From an uncultured Gemmatimonadales bacterium (GTDB lineage: Bacteria > Gemmatimonadota > Gemmatimonadetes > Longimicrobiales > RSA9), in contig CAWFKH010000003.1 of the NCBI GenBank assembly GCA_963816355.1, positions 1,056,001 through 1,120,000 on the forward strand: a stretch of DNA of 64,000 nt, in the 5' to 3' direction. The notes below the pieces were generated by a model that saw nothing but the letters and a program-made list of their open reading frames with translations, did no database searches and was not told the origin of the DNA. The translations under genes and the position numbers were made by a program. Shown in pieces: positions 55,145 through 64,000 of this stretch; the stretch's first letter is position 1; every line of letters begins with the position of its first letter.

Positions 55145-56416
55145 TCAGTCGCCGTCCCAGCGACGCAGCGCAAGCGAGACGTTGTGCCCGCCGAAGCCGA
55201 AGGAGTTGGAGATCGCGGTCGCGACCTCGCGGTCGATCCTCCCGCCGTGCGCGTAGTTCAGGTCGCACTCCGGGTCCGGCGTCGAGAAGTTGATCGTGGG
55301 AGGAATCGAGCCGCGTTGCAGCACGAGGCTGCAGATCACCGCCTCGACGCCGCCGGCCGCGCCGAGCAGATGGCCGGTCATCGACTTCGTCGATCCCATC
55401 ACCAGGCCGTACGCCGCCTCGCCGAAGACCGCCTTGACGGCGATCGTCTCGTTGAGGTCGTTGGCCGGCGTGGACGTACCGTGCGCGTTGATGTAGTCGA
55501 CGTCGCCGGGTGCGAAACGGGCCTCCCGCAACGCCTCCGCCAGCGCGAGCTGCGCGCCCGCGCCTTCGGGGGCCGGCGCGGTGATGTGATACGCGTCGGC
55601 CGTGGAGCCGTATCCGACGATCTCCGACAGCACGTGCGCCCCGCGATTCGCCGCGTGCTCCAGCGACTCCAGGATCAGCACGCCCGCCCCTTCACCGAGC
55701 ACGAAGCCGTCCCGCTCAGCGTCGAAGGGGCGGCTCGCCGTCTCCGGCGCGTCGTTGCGCCTGGAGAGCGCCTTCATGTTCGAGAAACCGGCGATCGTCA
55801 GACGCGTCACGGCGGCTTCCGCGCCGCCCACCACCATGGCGTCGGCGTCGCCCCGCTGGATCGCGCGGTAGCCGTTGCCGACGGCGTGGCCGCTCGACGC
55901 GCAGGCGGAGACGGTGGCGTAGTTCGGGCCGCGCAGGCCGTAGCGCATGGAGACGTGGCCGGCCGCGATGTCCGGGATGAACATCGGCACGAAGAAGGGG
56001 CTCACGCGGCCCGGGCCCCGCTCGATCAGGACGCGCGTCTGATCCTCGAACGTCGCCATGCCGCCGATGCCGCTGCCGATGATGACGCCAATGCGGTCGC
56101 GGTCGAGCGAATCGAGGCGGTCGAGCATGCCGCTGTCACGCATCGCCTGCGCCGCCGCCCCGATGGCGAACTGGGCGAAGCGGTCCGTGCGACGCGCCTC
56201 CTTCCTCTCCATGTAAGCTTCGGGATCGAAAGCCTTCACCTCGCAGGCGAAGCGCACGTCGAGGTCGTCGATCGGCTCGAAGCCGGTGATCGGGCCCGCG
56301 CCGCTCACCCCCGCCAGCAGCGCCTCCCAGCTCGCCTCGACCCCGGCGCCGACCGGCGTGATCAGGCCGGCGCCTGTGACGACGACCCGGTGTCCGTACT
56401 CGTTCCGTGTCTGCAT
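55145..56416 (-). CDS. fabF: 3-oxoacyl-ACP synthase II
   Basis: GPNYATVSACAS, SRPFD, INAHGTST, STKSMTGHLLGAAG, SNSFGFGGHN. Confidence 0.97.
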   Translation of the reverse strand: MQTRNEYGHRVVVTGAGLITPVGAGVEASWEALLAGVSGAGPITGFEPIDDLDVRFACEVKAFDPEAYMERKEARRTDRFAQFAIGAAAQAMRDSGMLDRLDSLDRDRIGVIIGSGIGGMATFEDQTRVLIERGPGRVSPFFVPMFIPDIAAGHVSMRYGLRGPNYATVSACASSGHAVGNGYRAIQRGDADAMVVGGAEAAVTRLTIAGFSNMKALSRRNDAPETASRPFDAERDGFVLGEGAGVLILESLEHAANRGAHVLSEIVGYGSTADAYHITAPAPEGAGAQLALAEALREARFAPGDVDYINAHGTSTPANDLNETIAVKAVFGEAAYGLVMGSTKSMTGHLLGAAGGVEAVICSLVLQRGSIPPTINFSTPDPECDLNYAHGGRIDREVATAISNSFGFGGHNVSLALRRWDGD

Positions 56417-56432
56417 CGGCCGTCCGCGCCGC

Positions 56433-56678
56433 TCACTCCTGCTCCGAGTGCTCGCGCACGTACTTGATCGCGTCGCCGACCGTCTGGAGTTGCTCGGCGT
56501 CCTCGTCCGGGATCTCCATGCCGAACTCCTCCTCGAAGGCCATGACGAGCTCGACCGTATCGAGCGAGTCGGCGCCGAGGTCCTCGACGAAGGACGCCTC
56601 CTCGGTCACCTTCTCCGGCTCCACACCGAGCTCGTTGATGATGATCTCCTTGACCTTCGCCTCGACGTTCTCCGCCAT
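56433..56678 (-). CDS. acpP: Acyl carrier protein
   Basis: [29 protein letters not shown]. Confidence 0.98.
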   Translation of the reverse strand: MAENVEAKVKEIIINELGVEPEKVTEEASFVEDLGADSLDTVELVMAFEEEFGMEIPDEDAEQLQTVGDAIKYVREHSEQE

Positions 56679-56701
56679 GGGTGCGACCTCTCCGTGGAAG
56701 T

Positions 56702-57451
56702 TCAGACCACCATGCCACCGTCGACCACGATGACCTGGCCGGTAATGTACGCCGCGCCGGGGCCGGCGAGAAACCGCACCACCGCCGCCACGTCCTCGGG
56801 ACGGCCGAGCCGTCCCAACGCAATGCGCCCCATCAGATCCTCGCGCCCCGCATCGCCGAGCTGCGCCGTCATCTCCGTCTCGATGAAGCCCGGCGCGACG
56901 GCGTTGCAGAGGACGTTTCGCGAGGCCAGCTCCTTCGCGACCGCCTTCGTCAGCCCGACGAGGCCCGCTTTCGAGGCGGCATAATTCGCCTGTCCCTTGT
57001 TGCCCGTCAAGCCGACCACGCTCGTGATGTTGATGATGCGGCCTTCGCGGCGGCGCATCATGCCGCGCGCCGCCGCGCGGATCAAGTGGAAGGGGCCCTT
57101 CAGATTCGTGTCCAGGACCCGGTCCCACGCCGCGTCGTCGATGCGGACCAGCAGGTTGTCGGCGGTGATGCCGGCGTTGTTCACCAGGACGCCCAGCTCG
57201 CCGAGCTCCGCTTCCACGTCGCGCACGAGCGCAACCACCGCCTCGCCTTCCGACACGTCGCAAGCGAAGCCACGGTGCCCCTCGCCCGCCAGCTCCGCGG
57301 CGGCGGCGGCGGCGCCCTCCGCCGAGCGCGCCACCACCGCCACGCGGGCACCGGCGCTCGCCAGCTCGGCCGCGATGGCGCGGCCGATGCCACGGCTGCC
57401 GCCCGTCACCAGCGCGACCCGCCCCTCCAGCTCCCGCCCCGCCTCGCTCAC
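56702..57451 (-). CDS. fabG: 3-oxoacyl-ACP reductase
   Basis: [38 protein letters not shown]. Confidence 0.96.
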   Translation of the reverse strand: MSEAGRELEGRVALVTGGSRGIGRAIAAELASAGARVAVVARSAEGAAAAAAELAGEGHRGFACDVSEGEAVVALVRDVEAELGELGVLVNNAGITADNLLVRIDDAAWDRVLDTNLKGPFHLIRAAARGMMRRREGRIINITSVVGLTGNKGQANYAASKAGLVGLTKAVAKELASRNVLCNAVAPGFIETEMTAQLGDAGREDLMGRIALGRLGRPEDVAAVVRFLAGPGAAYITGQVIVVDGGMVV

Positions 57452-58386
57452 GCCGCTTCGCTTTCCGCCTCCAGGAATGCTTCCACCGCGTCGGCGGTGC
57501 CGAGCGTCCGCGCCTCCACCCCCCGCTCGACGCGGCGCGCCAGGCCACTCAGCACGCCGCCCGGTCCGATCTCGATGAACGGCCCCGCACCCAACCCGAT
57601 CATGGTTCGCACGCACGCAGACCAGCGTACAGGCGACGTGAGTTGCCGCAGGAGCAGGTTCCGCGCCGTCGTCGCGTCCCGTACCGGCTCGCCGGTCACG
57701 TTCGAAACGACCGGGAACGCGGGATCGGCGAGCGTGACCGCCTCGAGGGCATCGCCGAGCCCCCCCTCCGCCACCGCCATCAGCGGAGAATGGAACGCGC
57801 CCGAGACGTTGAGCGGCAGGACCCGCTTCGCGCCCGCGGCCCGCGCCGCCTCCATCGCGCGCTCGACCGCCGAACGGTCGCCGCTGATCACGACCTGGCC
57901 GGGCGCGTTGTAGTTGGCGGCGACGCACGCCTCGCCCTCGCCTGCGGCATCGGCGCAGACCGCCTCGACGCCCTCGTCCTCCAGGCCCAGCACCGCCGCC
58001 ATCGCGCCCGGCCTCGCCTCGCCGCCCTCGAACATCAGGTCACCGCGCCGCCGCACGGTGCGCAGCGCCGCGGGGAAGGAGAAGGAGCCCGCGGCGGTGT
58101 AGGCGCTGAACTCGCCGAGCGAGTGACCGGCGGCGCACGCGACGTCGCCGATGGCATCGCGCACGAGGCGCCAGACGGCGAGCGAGTGGACGAGGATCGC
58201 CGGCTGTGCGTTTCGCGTGCGGGTGAGCTCCTCTTCGGGACCCTCCCAGGCGATCCGAGAGAGCGGCGCGCCGAGCAGATCGTCGGCCTCCTCGAACGTG
58301 CGTCGAGCGATCTCGAAGCGGTCGGCCAGGTCACGGCCCATGCCGACGTACTGCGAGCCCTGCCCGGGGAAGAGGAGGCCTACCAC
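57448..58386 (-). CDS. fabD: Malonyl-CoA:ACP transacylase
   Basis: [35 protein letters not shown]. Confidence 0.97.
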   Translation of the reverse strand: MVGLLFPGQGSQYVGMGRDLADRFEIARRTFEEADDLLGAPLSRIAWEGPEEELTRTRNAQPAILVHSLAVWRLVRDAIGDVACAAGHSLGEFSAYTAAGSFSFPAALRTVRRRGDLMFEGGEARPGAMAAVLGLEDEGVEAVCADAAGEGEACVAANYNAPGQVVISGDRSAVERAMEAARAAGAKRVLPLNVSGAFHSPLMAVAEGGLGDALEAVTLADPAFPVVSNVTGEPVRDATTARNLLLRQLTSPVRWSACVRTMIGLGAGPFIEIGPGGVLSGLARRVERGVEARTLGTADAVEAFLEAESEAA

Positions 58387-59372
58387 TGAAAGACCAGGCT
58401 GCCCCAGGTCAGGCCGGCGCCGAAGGCGACCATGAGCACGCGGTCCCCGGCCTCCAGCCGGCCCTGCTCGATCGCCTCGTCGAGCGCGACCGGCAGCGTG
58501 GCGGAGCTCATGTTCCCGTAGCGCTCGATGTTGACGAACACCTTCTCCATCGGAATGCCGGCGTAGCGCGCGGTCGACTCGATGATCCGGATGTTGGCCT
58601 GATGCGGGATCATCAGGTCAATGTCCTCGGCGGTGAGGCCCGCTCGCTGCAGCGCCTGATCCGCCGCCTCCGCCATCGAGCGGACCGCCGCCTTGAAGAC
58701 CTCGCGCCCCGCCATCTTGAGCAGGTGCGACCGCTCGTCGATCACCGAATAGTCCATCGGGATGCGCGTGCCGCCGGCCGGCCGCCAGAGCAGCTCCGCG
58801 AGCGTGCCGTCCGAGCGGATGAAGCTGGAGAGGATGCCGCGGCCGTTCTGCGCTCGCCGAAGCAGGAACGCGCCCGCACCGTCGCCGAAGAGCACACACG
58901 TGCTGCGGTCGCTCCAATCCGCGATCGCGCTCATCTTCTCGCTGGCGATGACGAGCGCGAGATCGGCGCGGCCGGCGGCGAGGTACCCCTCCGCCATGCT
59001 GAGCGCGTAGATCGAGCCGGTGCACGCTGCCGAGAGGTCGAACGCCGCCGCGTTGGTCGCGCCGAGCAGCGCCTGGATGTCGCATGCCGTCGCGGGAAGC
59101 AGGCGATCCGGCGTCGCCGTCGAGACGACGATCAGGTCCAGCTCGCCCGGCTGCACGCCCGCCCGCTCCATCGCGATGCGCGCCGCGCCTGCACCCATCT
59201 CCGCCGCGCCCGTCGCGTCGTCCGCGATGCGCCGCTCCCGGATGCCGGTCCGCTCGCGGATCCATTCGTCGGTCGTGTCCACCATCCGCTCGAGATCGGC
59301 GTTCGTCAGGACACGCTCCGGGAGGTAGCGACCGGTGGAGACGATCTCCACCTTCGGTCGTGGTGTCTTCAT
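58380..59372 (-). CDS. fabH: 3-oxoacyl-ACP synthase III
   Basis: RTGIRERR, AACTG, LFGDGAGA, PHQANIRI, GNMSSA, FGAGLTWG. Confidence 0.97.
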   Translation of the reverse strand: MKTPRPKVEIVSTGRYLPERVLTNADLERMVDTTDEWIRERTGIRERRIADDATGAAEMGAGAARIAMERAGVQPGELDLIVVSTATPDRLLPATACDIQALLGATNAAAFDLSAACTGSIYALSMAEGYLAAGRADLALVIASEKMSAIADWSDRSTCVLFGDGAGAFLLRRAQNGRGILSSFIRSDGTLAELLWRPAGGTRIPMDYSVIDERSHLLKMAGREVFKAAVRSMAEAADQALQRAGLTAEDIDLMIPHQANIRIIESTARYAGIPMEKVFVNIERYGNMSSATLPVALDEAIEQGRLEAGDRVLMVAFGAGLTWGSLVFQW

Positions 59373-60394
59373 CCGCGCTCCGCCCCTGTCAGGGGAGTCG
59401 TCCCGGCGATGCCGGCCCCGCCGGCGCTCGCCATCTCGTGCTCGGTGTGACGCAGCATGCGCGTCTCGATGGCCTGTTTCGCCACGCCGATCGCGTTCTT
59501 GATCGCACGCGGCGGCGAGCCGCCGTGACAGATGATCGAGATCCCGTTGATGCCGAGGAGCGGCGCGCCCCCGTACTCCGTGTAGTCGAGCAGCCGCAGC
59601 AGCCGCTGCATCCGCCGCGCGCTCAGCTCCCCTTCCATCTCCCGCCGCAGCAGATGCACCACGAAGCCGGCGACCGACTCGTAGAACTTCAGCAGAATGT
59701 TGCCCGCGAAGCCGTCCGTCACCAGGACGTCGCACGGGCCGCGGATGATGTCGCGGCCCTCCACGTTCCCGACGAAGTTGAGGCCACTCTCGCGCAGCAA
59801 CCGGTGCGTCTCGACCGAGAGCTCGTTTCCCTTCTCCGGCTCTTCACCGATGTTCAGCAGCCCGATGCGCGGATTCGCGCGCCCGAGCACGTCGCGCGCG
59901 TAGATCGCGCCGAGACGCGCGAACTGCAGCAACTGCGACGGCTTGCAGTCTACGTTCGCGCCCGCGTCCACCATCACCACGCCCTTGCGCGTGGTCGGCA
60001 GCACCGTCGCCACCGTGGGCCGATCGACTCCCGGCAGCGGCCGCAGAATCAGCAGCGACGCCGCCATCACGGCCCCGGTCGAGCCCGCGCTCACGAACGC
60101 TTCCGCACCCCCCTCGCGTTGCAGCGACAGCCCCCGCACGATCGACGAGTCCGGCTTGCGCCGTACCGCCGTCGCCGGCGACTCGCCCGGCTCGATGCGA
60201 CCCGGCGCGTGAATGACCTCGAGCCGGCCGCGCGCCTCCGCACCGCGCAGTGAAACCTCCGATTCGATCCGCTCCCGGTCCCCGATCAGCAGGATCCGGT
60301 AGTCGCCCGGAATTTCGCGCAACGCCTCGATCGCACCCTGAACCTCCACCTCAGGGTGGCGATCGCTTCCCATGGCGTCGAGGGCGATGCGCAC
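59369..60394 (-). CDS. plsX: Phosphate acyltransferase PlsX
   Basis: IALDAMGSD, SAGSTGA, DAGANVD, NIGEEPEKG, GNVEG, DGFAGN, HGGS. Confidence 0.96.
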   Translation of the reverse strand: MRIALDAMGSDRHPEVEVQGAIEALREIPGDYRILLIGDRERIESEVSLRGAEARGRLEVIHAPGRIEPGESPATAVRRKPDSSIVRGLSLQREGGAEAFVSAGSTGAVMAASLLILRPLPGVDRPTVATVLPTTRKGVVMVDAGANVDCKPSQLLQFARLGAIYARDVLGRANPRIGLLNIGEEPEKGNELSVETHRLLRESGLNFVGNVEGRDIIRGPCDVLVTDGFAGNILLKFYESVAGFVVHLLRREMEGELSARRMQRLLRLLDYTEYGGAPLLGINGISIICHGGSPPRAIKNAIGVAKQAIETRMLRHTEHEMASAGGAGIAGTTPLTGAERG

Positions 60395-60405
60395 GGGCGG
60401 ACCCC

Positions 60406-60588
60406 TCAGATCTCCTCGACCTCGATCACCTGCTCGTTGCGGTACGTGCCACAGACCGGGCACACTCGATGCGGCACCTTCGGTTCGCCGCACTTCGGGC
60501 ACGCCATCGTCGTCGGCATCTCCGCCTTGTGATGCGTCCTCCGCTTCCGCTTCCGCTGCTTCGAGACCCGCTTCTTCGGAACCGCCAT
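60406..60588 (-). CDS. rpmF: 50S ribosomal protein L32
   Basis: MAVPKKRVSK, CPKCGE..PHRVCPVCG (zinc-binding form). Confidence 0.97.
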   Translation of the reverse strand: MAVPKKRVSKQRKRKRRTHHKAEMPTTMACPKCGEPKVPHRVCPVCGTYRNEQVIEVEEI

Positions 60589-60600
60589 CGTTCGCCTCCT

Positions 60601-61101
60601 CTAATCCGTCGTCCGTTCTCGCAGAGGGGCCCAGCGCGGGTCCACCTCCTCCTCCTCGCAGCCGCAATCCCCCTCGTTGCGATCCTTGCCGCACTTCGGG
60701 CACAGACCCCGACACGCCTCGTCACACACCGCGTACATCGGCGCGGCCAGCAGAAACTGCTCGCGCACTGCCGGCCCCAGGTCCAGCGTCCGCGCCCGCG
60801 GCAGCGCATAGACATCCTCCGCGCCGCCCTCCCCCACGTCCTCCGTGAAGAGCGCGGAAAACGACTCCACGACCGGAACCTCCACCGCTTTCAGGCAGCG
60901 GCGACACTCCAGCCGCACCACGCCCTCGATGCGGCCCCGTACCACGACGTCCGCGCCCGCGAGCTGCGCCTCGACCTCGACGTGCACCGGCCCGGACGGT
61001 TTCGCATCGGCGTCCTCGAATAGCCCCGCCGCCGCCGGCACGTCCTCGATCAGCGCGACGCGGCGGTCGCTCCGAAGCCGTGAAAGATCGACCTCCAGCA
61101 T
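60601..61101 (-). CDS. yceD: DUF177 / YceD family protein
   Basis: CRRCL, CDEACRGLCPKCG, DPRWAPL; upstream of rpmF. Confidence 0.92.
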   Translation of the reverse strand: MLEVDLSRLRSDRRVALIEDVPAAAGLFEDADAKPSGPVHVEVEAQLAGADVVVRGRIEGVVRLECRRCLKAVEVPVVESFSALFTEDVGEGGAEDVYALPRARTLDLGPAVREQFLLAAPMYAVCDEACRGLCPKCGKDRNEGDCGCEEEEVDPRWAPLRERTTD

Positions 61102-61109
61102 AGCCCGTA

Positions 61110-61138
61110 AAGGTCGCAATTCCGCCGGGTCGTGTCAA
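61110..61138 (-). promoter_or_regulatory. Possible sigma70 promoter for the yceD-rpmF-plsX-fab operon
   Basis: Minus strand TTGACA (61138-61133), 17 nt, GACCTT (61115-61110); ATG follows 8 nt later. Confidence 0.45.
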
Positions 61139-61242
61139 TCAACACCGGCGCCTGATGTTTCTGCCATCGCGCGGGGTCGAACGGCCTCCCGGCAACGTCG
61201 AGTCGCCGGCTCGGAAACGCGACCGCGGCCGCGGCACGGGGC

Positions 61243-61668
61243 TCAGCGGGCCGTGGCGAGGTAGTCCGCCTCGGCGAAGAAGAAAGCGGCCTCCCTGCGC
61301 GCCGTATCGGCCGCATCGGAGGCGTGGATGGCGTTGCGCTCCTTCGACTCCGCGTACAGGGCTCGCACCGTGCCCGGCGCCGCCTCGGCAGGGTCGGTGG
61401 CGCCGATCACGGTGCGGAGGCGGGCGACGGCGTCCTCGCGCTCGAGGATCGCGGGCACGACCGGGCCGGAGGTCATGAAGCGGACGAGCGGCTCGTAGAA
61501 GGGCCGTTCGCGGTGGACGGCGTAGAACTCGCGCGCCTGCGCCTCCGAGAGCCGGAGCATGCGCAGGGCGCGGATGCGGAAGCCGTCCTCCTCGAGGTGG
61601 GCGAGGATGCGGCCGGTGAGGCCGCGCGAGACGGCGTCGGGCTTGATGATCGTGAGCGTGTGGTCCAT
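61243..61668 (-). CDS. ndk: Nucleoside diphosphate kinase
   Basis: [40 protein letters not shown]. Confidence 0.97.
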   Translation of the reverse strand: MDHTLTIIKPDAVSRGLTGRILAHLEEDGFRIRALRMLRLSEAQAREFYAVHRERPFYEPLVRFMTSGPVVPAILEREDAVARLRTVIGATDPAEAAPGTVRALYAESKERNAIHASDAADTARREAAFFFAEADYLATAR

Positions 61669-61676
61669 GTCGGCGG

Positions 61677-62555
61677 TCAGCGTCCGAAGAGGTTGCGGAT
61701 GATGTCGGCGCGCCCGAGCATGCCGGCGAGGCGACCCTCGACGACGACCGGGATCTGGGCGACATCCTTGTTGACGAGCATCGCCGCGACTTCGTCCAGC
61801 CCCATGCCCTCGGAGACGCAGAGGACGGACCGGCTCATCAGGTCGCGGACGGAGGTATCGCGAAGCGCGGCGCCGCGGGCGCCCTCCTCGCCGTCGCGAT
61901 GGACCTGCGGGAAGAGGGCGCGCAGGACGTCGCGGTCGGTGATGGTGCCCAGCACGTCGCCCTTCTCGCCGACCACCGGCAGGAGCGGGGCGCCGGTTCG
62001 CGCCATCACGTCGATCGCCGCGCGCAGCGGGTCGTCCGGCCCCACGCTTCCGGGTACCGCACCCATGACGTCGCGCACGGTGAGGCGCGGCTGGATGCGC
62101 ATCTCGGCCTCGCCCGCGATCGCCACCACGTCGTCCGGGGAGCGGGCCTGGAGGATGCGCTGCAGGACATCGTCGCGGCCGAGGAAGCGCGCGAGGGTCG
62201 AGATCGCCTGCAGGTGCAGGCTCGCGTGCGTCGGGGGTGCCAGGATGAGGACGACGACGCGCGGTCGCGCGGCGACGCCGGTGGCGCCGGGTTCGAGGGG
62301 GGTGGGGCTGACACCGACCGCGAGCACGAGGCGGTCGACGGTGTCGGTGCGGAGGTGCGGCAGGGCGACGTCGTCGCCGACCGCGACGGCGCCGCGCAGG
62401 TCCGGCTCGGTGAGCTGGCCGTGGAGCCGATCGGGGTCCAGGACGGCGCCTTCGCCGGCGGCGGCGGCGGCGAGCTCGAGGAGCGCGCCGGCGAGGTCGC
62501 GGGCGTGGAGGGGCACGCGGACGTGCCCGGCCGGAAGCAGGTCGCTCAGCCGCAT
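61677..62555 (-). CDS. PTS EIIA (Ntr/Fru-type) domain fused to a CBS-domain pair
   Basis: MRLSDLL, VALPHLR (phospho-His), [12 protein letters not shown]; then [46 protein letters not shown]. Confidence 0.88.
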   Translation of the reverse strand: MRLSDLLPAGHVRVPLHARDLAGALLELAAAAAGEGAVLDPDRLHGQLTEPDLRGAVAVGDDVALPHLRTDTVDRLVLAVGVSPTPLEPGATGVAARPRVVVLILAPPTHASLHLQAISTLARFLGRDDVLQRILQARSPDDVVAIAGEAEMRIQPRLTVRDVMGAVPGSVGPDDPLRAAIDVMARTGAPLLPVVGEKGDVLGTITDRDVLRALFPQVHRDGEEGARGAALRDTSVRDLMSRSVLCVSEGMGLDEVAAMLVNKDVAQIPVVVEGRLAGMLGRADIIRNLFGR

Positions 62556-62578
62556 GGCGGGCGCGCTCGGCGGCGAAT

Positions 62579-63457
62579 CTAGAGGACCTCGCGTATCAGG
62601 GAGACCACGTCGGAGGGGCGCTTCATGACCCCGATCCCGTGGCGCTCGAATGCCTCGATCTTCTCCTCGGCGGTGCCGGCGGAGCCGCTGATGATGGCGC
62701 CGGCGTGACCCATGCGGCGTCCCGGCGGCGCGGTCTGCCCCGCGATGAAGCCGACGACCGGTTTGGAGACGTGTTCGGAAACGTAGCGGGCGGCGTTCTG
62801 CTCGTCGGTGCCGCCGATCTCACCGATCATGACGATGGCGCTGGTGCCGGCGTCCTTCTCGAACGCGTCGAGGCAGTCGATGAAGGAGGTGCCGTTGATC
62901 GGATCGCCCCCGATGCCGATGCAGGTGGACTGTCCGATGCCTGCCTGGGTGAGCTGGAAGACGACCTCGTACGTGAGGGTGCCGGAGCGTGAGACGACGC
63001 CCACCGGCCCCTCCGCCACGATCTGGCCGGGCAGGATCCCGACCTTGGACTGCCCGGGAGCGATGATGCCGGGGCAATTCGCGCCGAGCAGCCGCGCCCC
63101 CTTGTCCCGCACGAAGGGGAGCACCCGCATCATGTCGATGACCGGAATCCCTTCGGTGATCGCGACGATGAAGCCGATCCCCGCATCCGCCGCCTCCAGG
63201 ATCGCGTCGGCCGCGAACGCGGGCGGGACGTAGATGACGGAGCACGTCGCCCCGGTCTCCCGCACGGCCGCCTCCATCGTGTCGAAGACCGGCACAGCGC
63301 CGCCTTCGGCTTCGAATCGCTGGCCACCCTTGCCGGGCGTGACCCCGCCGACGACGCGCGTGCCGTAGTCGATCATCTGGCGGGTGTGGAAGGAACCGTC
63401 GCGCCCGGTAATGCCCTGTACGAGCACGCGCGTTTCCCGATCGATGAATATGGACAT
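62579..63457 (-). CDS. sucD: Succinyl-CoA synthetase alpha subunit
   Basis: [44 protein letters not shown]. Confidence 0.98.
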   Translation of the reverse strand: MSIFIDRETRVLVQGITGRDGSFHTRQMIDYGTRVVGGVTPGKGGQRFEAEGGAVPVFDTMEAAVRETGATCSVIYVPPAFAADAILEAADAGIGFIVAITEGIPVIDMMRVLPFVRDKGARLLGANCPGIIAPGQSKVGILPGQIVAEGPVGVVSRSGTLTYEVVFQLTQAGIGQSTCIGIGGDPINGTSFIDCLDAFEKDAGTSAIVMIGEIGGTDEQNAARYVSEHVSKPVVGFIAGQTAPPGRRMGHAGAIISGSAGTAEEKIEAFERHGIGVMKRPSDVVSLIREVL

Positions 63458-63489
63458 GGCGAATATTCCTCGTGCGATCTCGCGTGTGA

Positions 63490-64000
63490 TCAGCGGCCGG
63501 CGAGCTGGACCGCCTTCTGGACCACCTCGTCCATCGAGGTCGACGCGCCGAAGCCCGCCCCCTCGAGGATCTCCATCGCTGCGTCTTCGTTCGTGCCGGT
63601 GAGGCGGATGACGAGCGGCACGTCGATCGCGATGCGCCGCGTCGCCTCCACGATGCCGTTGGCGACGTCGTCGCAACGCGTGATCCCGCCGAAGATGTTG
63701 AACAGGATGACGCGCACGTTCGGGTCGCTGGTGATGATCTGGAGCGCGCTCACGACCTTGTCCGGATTCGACGAGCCGCCGACGTCCAGGAAGTTGGCCG
63801 GCTCCCCCCCGTACAGCTTGATCAGGTCCATCGTCGCCATGGCGAGGCCCGCGCCGTTCACCACCGCGCCGATGTCACCGTCCAGCTTGATGTAGGTGAG
63901 GCCGGCCTCCCGCGCGCGCGTCTCGGCCGGCGGCTCGGCGCTCGTGTCCCGCAGCGCGGCCACGTCGGAGCGCCGGAAGAGCTCGTTGTCGTCAATGTTC
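63490..64000 (-). CDS. sucC: Succinyl-CoA synthetase beta subunit (5' end outside window)
   Basis: [45 protein letters not shown]. Confidence 0.97.
   Translation of the reverse strand, partial: NIDDNELFRRSDVAALRDTSAEPPAETRAREAGLTYIKLDGDIGAVVNGAGLAMATMDLIKLYGGEPANFLDVGGSSNPDKVVSALQIITSDPNVRVILFNIFGGITRCDDVANGIVEATRRIAIDVPLVIRLTGTNEDAAMEILEGAGFGASTSMDEVVQKAVQLAGR

Noticed and set aside
55145..60394. Type II PKS or secondary metabolite cluster
   Set aside because: Standard plsX-fabH-fabD-fabG-acpP-fabF primary fatty acid operon with no chain-length factor or tailoring enzymes.

Overview
High-GC bacterial chromosomal window, most likely Gemmatimonadota (FCB group); this is inferred from gene order and protein styles, not from a database search. 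It is mostly housekeeping and envelope genes: surE-pcm-apt, tRNA-Arg(CCT), TPM-nucleotidyltransferase-lemA, ccmABCDEFGH-lgt, udg, tamA/tamB, ligD, a glycosylation cluster with a YfhO-type GT-C, kdsB-pyrG-kdsACD-lptC-lptA-lptB-rpoN, and sucCD-ndk-yceD-rpmF-plsX-fabHDG-acpP-fabF-mqnE-mqnC-ispF-dedA-xerD. Four signals stand out. (1) A membrane-spanning SARP/BTAD-TPR regulator is divergent from a 72-aa lipoprotein with a Cys-x8-Cys hairpin, and the two share an AT-rich spacer with a perfect 11-bp tandem repeat: a candidate new peptide-receptor transmembrane signalling module. (2) A 28-bp dif-like XerCD site at 28780-28807, with KOPS-like motifs converging on it, probably marks the replication terminus and sits next to a ligD with no Ku gene in the window. 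(3) Exported proteins are rich in the Bacteroidota-type O-glycosylation sequon D-S/T-hydrophobic, next to a polyprenol-P-sugar/GT-C cluster. (4) Several proteins are atypical: a frameshifted LptA-like gene, an N-terminally extended LptB, MqnE with CX5CX2C, and a PTS EIIA-CBS fusion. No CRISPR array, transposase, prophage or rRNA was seen. Start codons were chosen by eye.
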